Origin: Escherichia phage LF82-10
Reading direction: 5' to 3' (one strand)
Sequence record: PV660453
Length of the DNA stretch: 52,895 nt
Shown here piece by piece: positions 51,928 through 52,895 of the stretch (the stretch's first letter is position 1; the number at the start of each line of letters is the position of its first letter). The translations under genes were made by a program, and so were the position numbers. The notes under the pieces were generated by a model that saw only the letters and a program-made list of their open reading frames with translations, was not told the DNA's origin and made no database searches.

Positions 51928-52133
51928 TGTTTAAGCATCTGCCAAAGAAAGGCGAAATCATTCGCTGTGATTCAGTAGTTGGAGCCGCGCCGTTTATGGT
52001 TGGCGTTGAGTACACCGTTGAACATGTTGATCGCAAAGTTGGTCACATCTACGTTTACGGTGACGAAGGCAACCTCGAGGCGATCGACTACCCGCAAGAC
52101 GCTGTACACGGAAAGTTTTCAAAAGTTGATTGA
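51927..52133 (+). CDS. hypothetical protein
   Basis: 68 aa; TAATG coupling. Confidence 0.4.
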   Translation: MFKHLPKKGEIIRCDSVVGAAPFMVGVEYTVEHVDRKVGHIYVYGDEGNLEAIDYPQDAVHGKFSKVD

Positions 52134-52297
52134 CGACACCTTCGCTGAGTGGTAAATTAAAAAGCGTAGACAGAAGAGGCGCTTAGAGCGCAACGGGCAT
52201 CACGTTTGATGCAACTTAGTTTACAGCGTCATTGATGGCGCTTTCATTCGGTGCATAGTGGTAAGCACGCCGTAGACCCGTAAGCGGCACAAATTCA

Positions 52298-52385
52298 GGA
52301 AGGTTGGCAGAGTGGACGATCGCGCACGGTTGCTAACCGTCAAGCCGGAAACGGCTCAAGGGTTCGAATCCCTTACCTTCCACCA
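52298..52385 (+). tRNA. type II tRNA, probably tRNA-Ser (anticodon GCU)
   Basis: perfect 7-bp acceptor stem GGAAGGT/ACCTTCC, discriminator A and encoded CCA; T-arm AAGGG-TTCGAAT-CCCTT; long variable arm GCCG-GAAA-CGGC; anticodon loop TTGCTAA; one C-C mismatch at base of anticodon stem. Confidence 0.7.
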
Positions 52386-52400
52386 ATCAAAGAGGTTTGC

Positions 52401-52580
52401 ATGTTTGATGTTAAACTCACTATCTTGTTAATGGGGCGCTCATGCGCATCATGCAAGCAACACTTCGAGTGCACCGTTGAGGCGGAAACATCCGAAGATG
52501 CCGTGTCAAAGGCAAAGGCAATGGCGGGAGCCGATCCCACTACTCACAAGTTTTTAGTTAACTACGTAAGGAAAAAGTAA
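52401..52580 (+). CDS. hypothetical Cys-containing small protein
   Basis: 59 aa; SD AGAGG; below ORF-track cut-off. Confidence 0.3.
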   Translation: MFDVKLTILLMGRSCASCKQHFECTVEAETSEDAVSKAKAMAGADPTTHKFLVNYVRKK

Positions 52581-52581
52581 A

Positions 52582-52815
52582 ATGCTGAATTCAATTTTGT
52601 TTATCGTCCTGGGTGTGATTATTGGCGTTATCGTCGTTGTTGCGTGGGCTGGCCTGTGGTCGCGAAAGCTACTGGCAAAGAACCAATTCGCCTCAGCGCG
52701 CTTCGATACGAAATCAAAAGAATGGCGCATTTGCGGCAAGTACGCAAAGATCGCACAGGAGTTGGTAGACATTCGCGAAGGACGAAAGCCTGGCGCGATT
52801 AAGTACATCGACTGA
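52582..52815 (+). CDS. small membrane protein
   Basis: 77 aa; N-terminal TM segment LFIVLGVIIGVIVVVAWAGLW; followed by terminator 52820-52843. Confidence 0.45.
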   Translation: MLNSILFIVLGVIIGVIVVVAWAGLWSRKLLAKNQFASARFDTKSKEWRICGKYAKIAQELVDIREGRKPGAIKYID

Positions 52816-52819
52816 TAAA

Positions 52820-52843
52820 CAACCCGCTTCGGCGGGTTTTTTT
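52820..52843 (+). terminator. intrinsic terminator at end of rightward accessory operon
   Basis: AACCCGCTTCGGCGGG then TTTTTTT. Confidence 0.6.
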
Positions 52844-52855
52844 GCGTCTGCAATC

Positions 52856-52864
52856 TGGTATAAT
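52856..52864 (+). promoter_or_regulatory. extended -10 promoter (TGGTATAAT) for terminase operon
   Basis: follows terminator 52820-52843; precedes SD and the ATG at position 1. Confidence 0.5.
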
Positions 52865-52895
52865 CGAACCTCATCAACAAAGGAGGGAAGGAACA

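Noticed and set aside
52137-52297. Second tRNA upstream of the Ser-like tRNA
   Set aside because: No acceptor-stem pairing and no GTTCGA-type T-loop found in this interval by eye; a tRNA search tool could still detect a non-canonical element.

Overview
The window reads as a complete, linearised genome (52.9 kb) of a lytic siphophage with a lambda-like tail tip, resembling T1-like (Drexlerviridae-type) phages; this family assignment is inferred from gene order and motifs only, no search was run. The last ~80 bp hold a terminator hairpin, an extended -10 (TGGTATAAT) and a Shine-Dalgarno that feed into the ATG at position 1. Layout: (i) 1-19.3 kb, + strand late module: terminase small and large subunits, portal, MuF-like minor head protein, scaffold, major capsid, tail chaperones with a slippery site, tape measure, and gpM/L/K/I/J-like tail tip proteins. 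(ii) 19.3-20.7 kb, leftward: a secreted Cor-like candidate and two paralogous MPG-proteins. (iii) 21.2-33.0 kb: RecE-like exonuclease, Erf-like annealing protein, SSB, a 788-aa tail fibre (minus strand), primase, a Cro-like HTH protein, helicase, VRR-NUC nuclease, Dam methylase and an HTH-metallophosphoesterase fusion. (iv) 33.5-34.6 kb: lysis cassette of pinholin-like holin, SAR endolysin and unimolecular spanin. (v) 34.6-52.9 kb: about 50 small accessory ORFs in two divergent operons, a Pnk-type phosphatase coupled to a dNMP-kinase-like kinase, a truncated C5-methyltransferase-like protein, a 528-aa P-loop-like protein and one tRNA. The strongest unexplained signal is non-coding: at least 24 copies of a 15-bp quasi-palindromic box (TAGCAC-N3-TTGYTA), 22 of them 36-38 bp upstream of a -10-like hexamer, which looks like a single-regulator regulon. 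The likely regulator is the Cro-like HTH gene, whose own leader carries a box. No integrase, CRISPR array or rRNA was seen. All coordinates were derived by hand from the ORF track and sequence.
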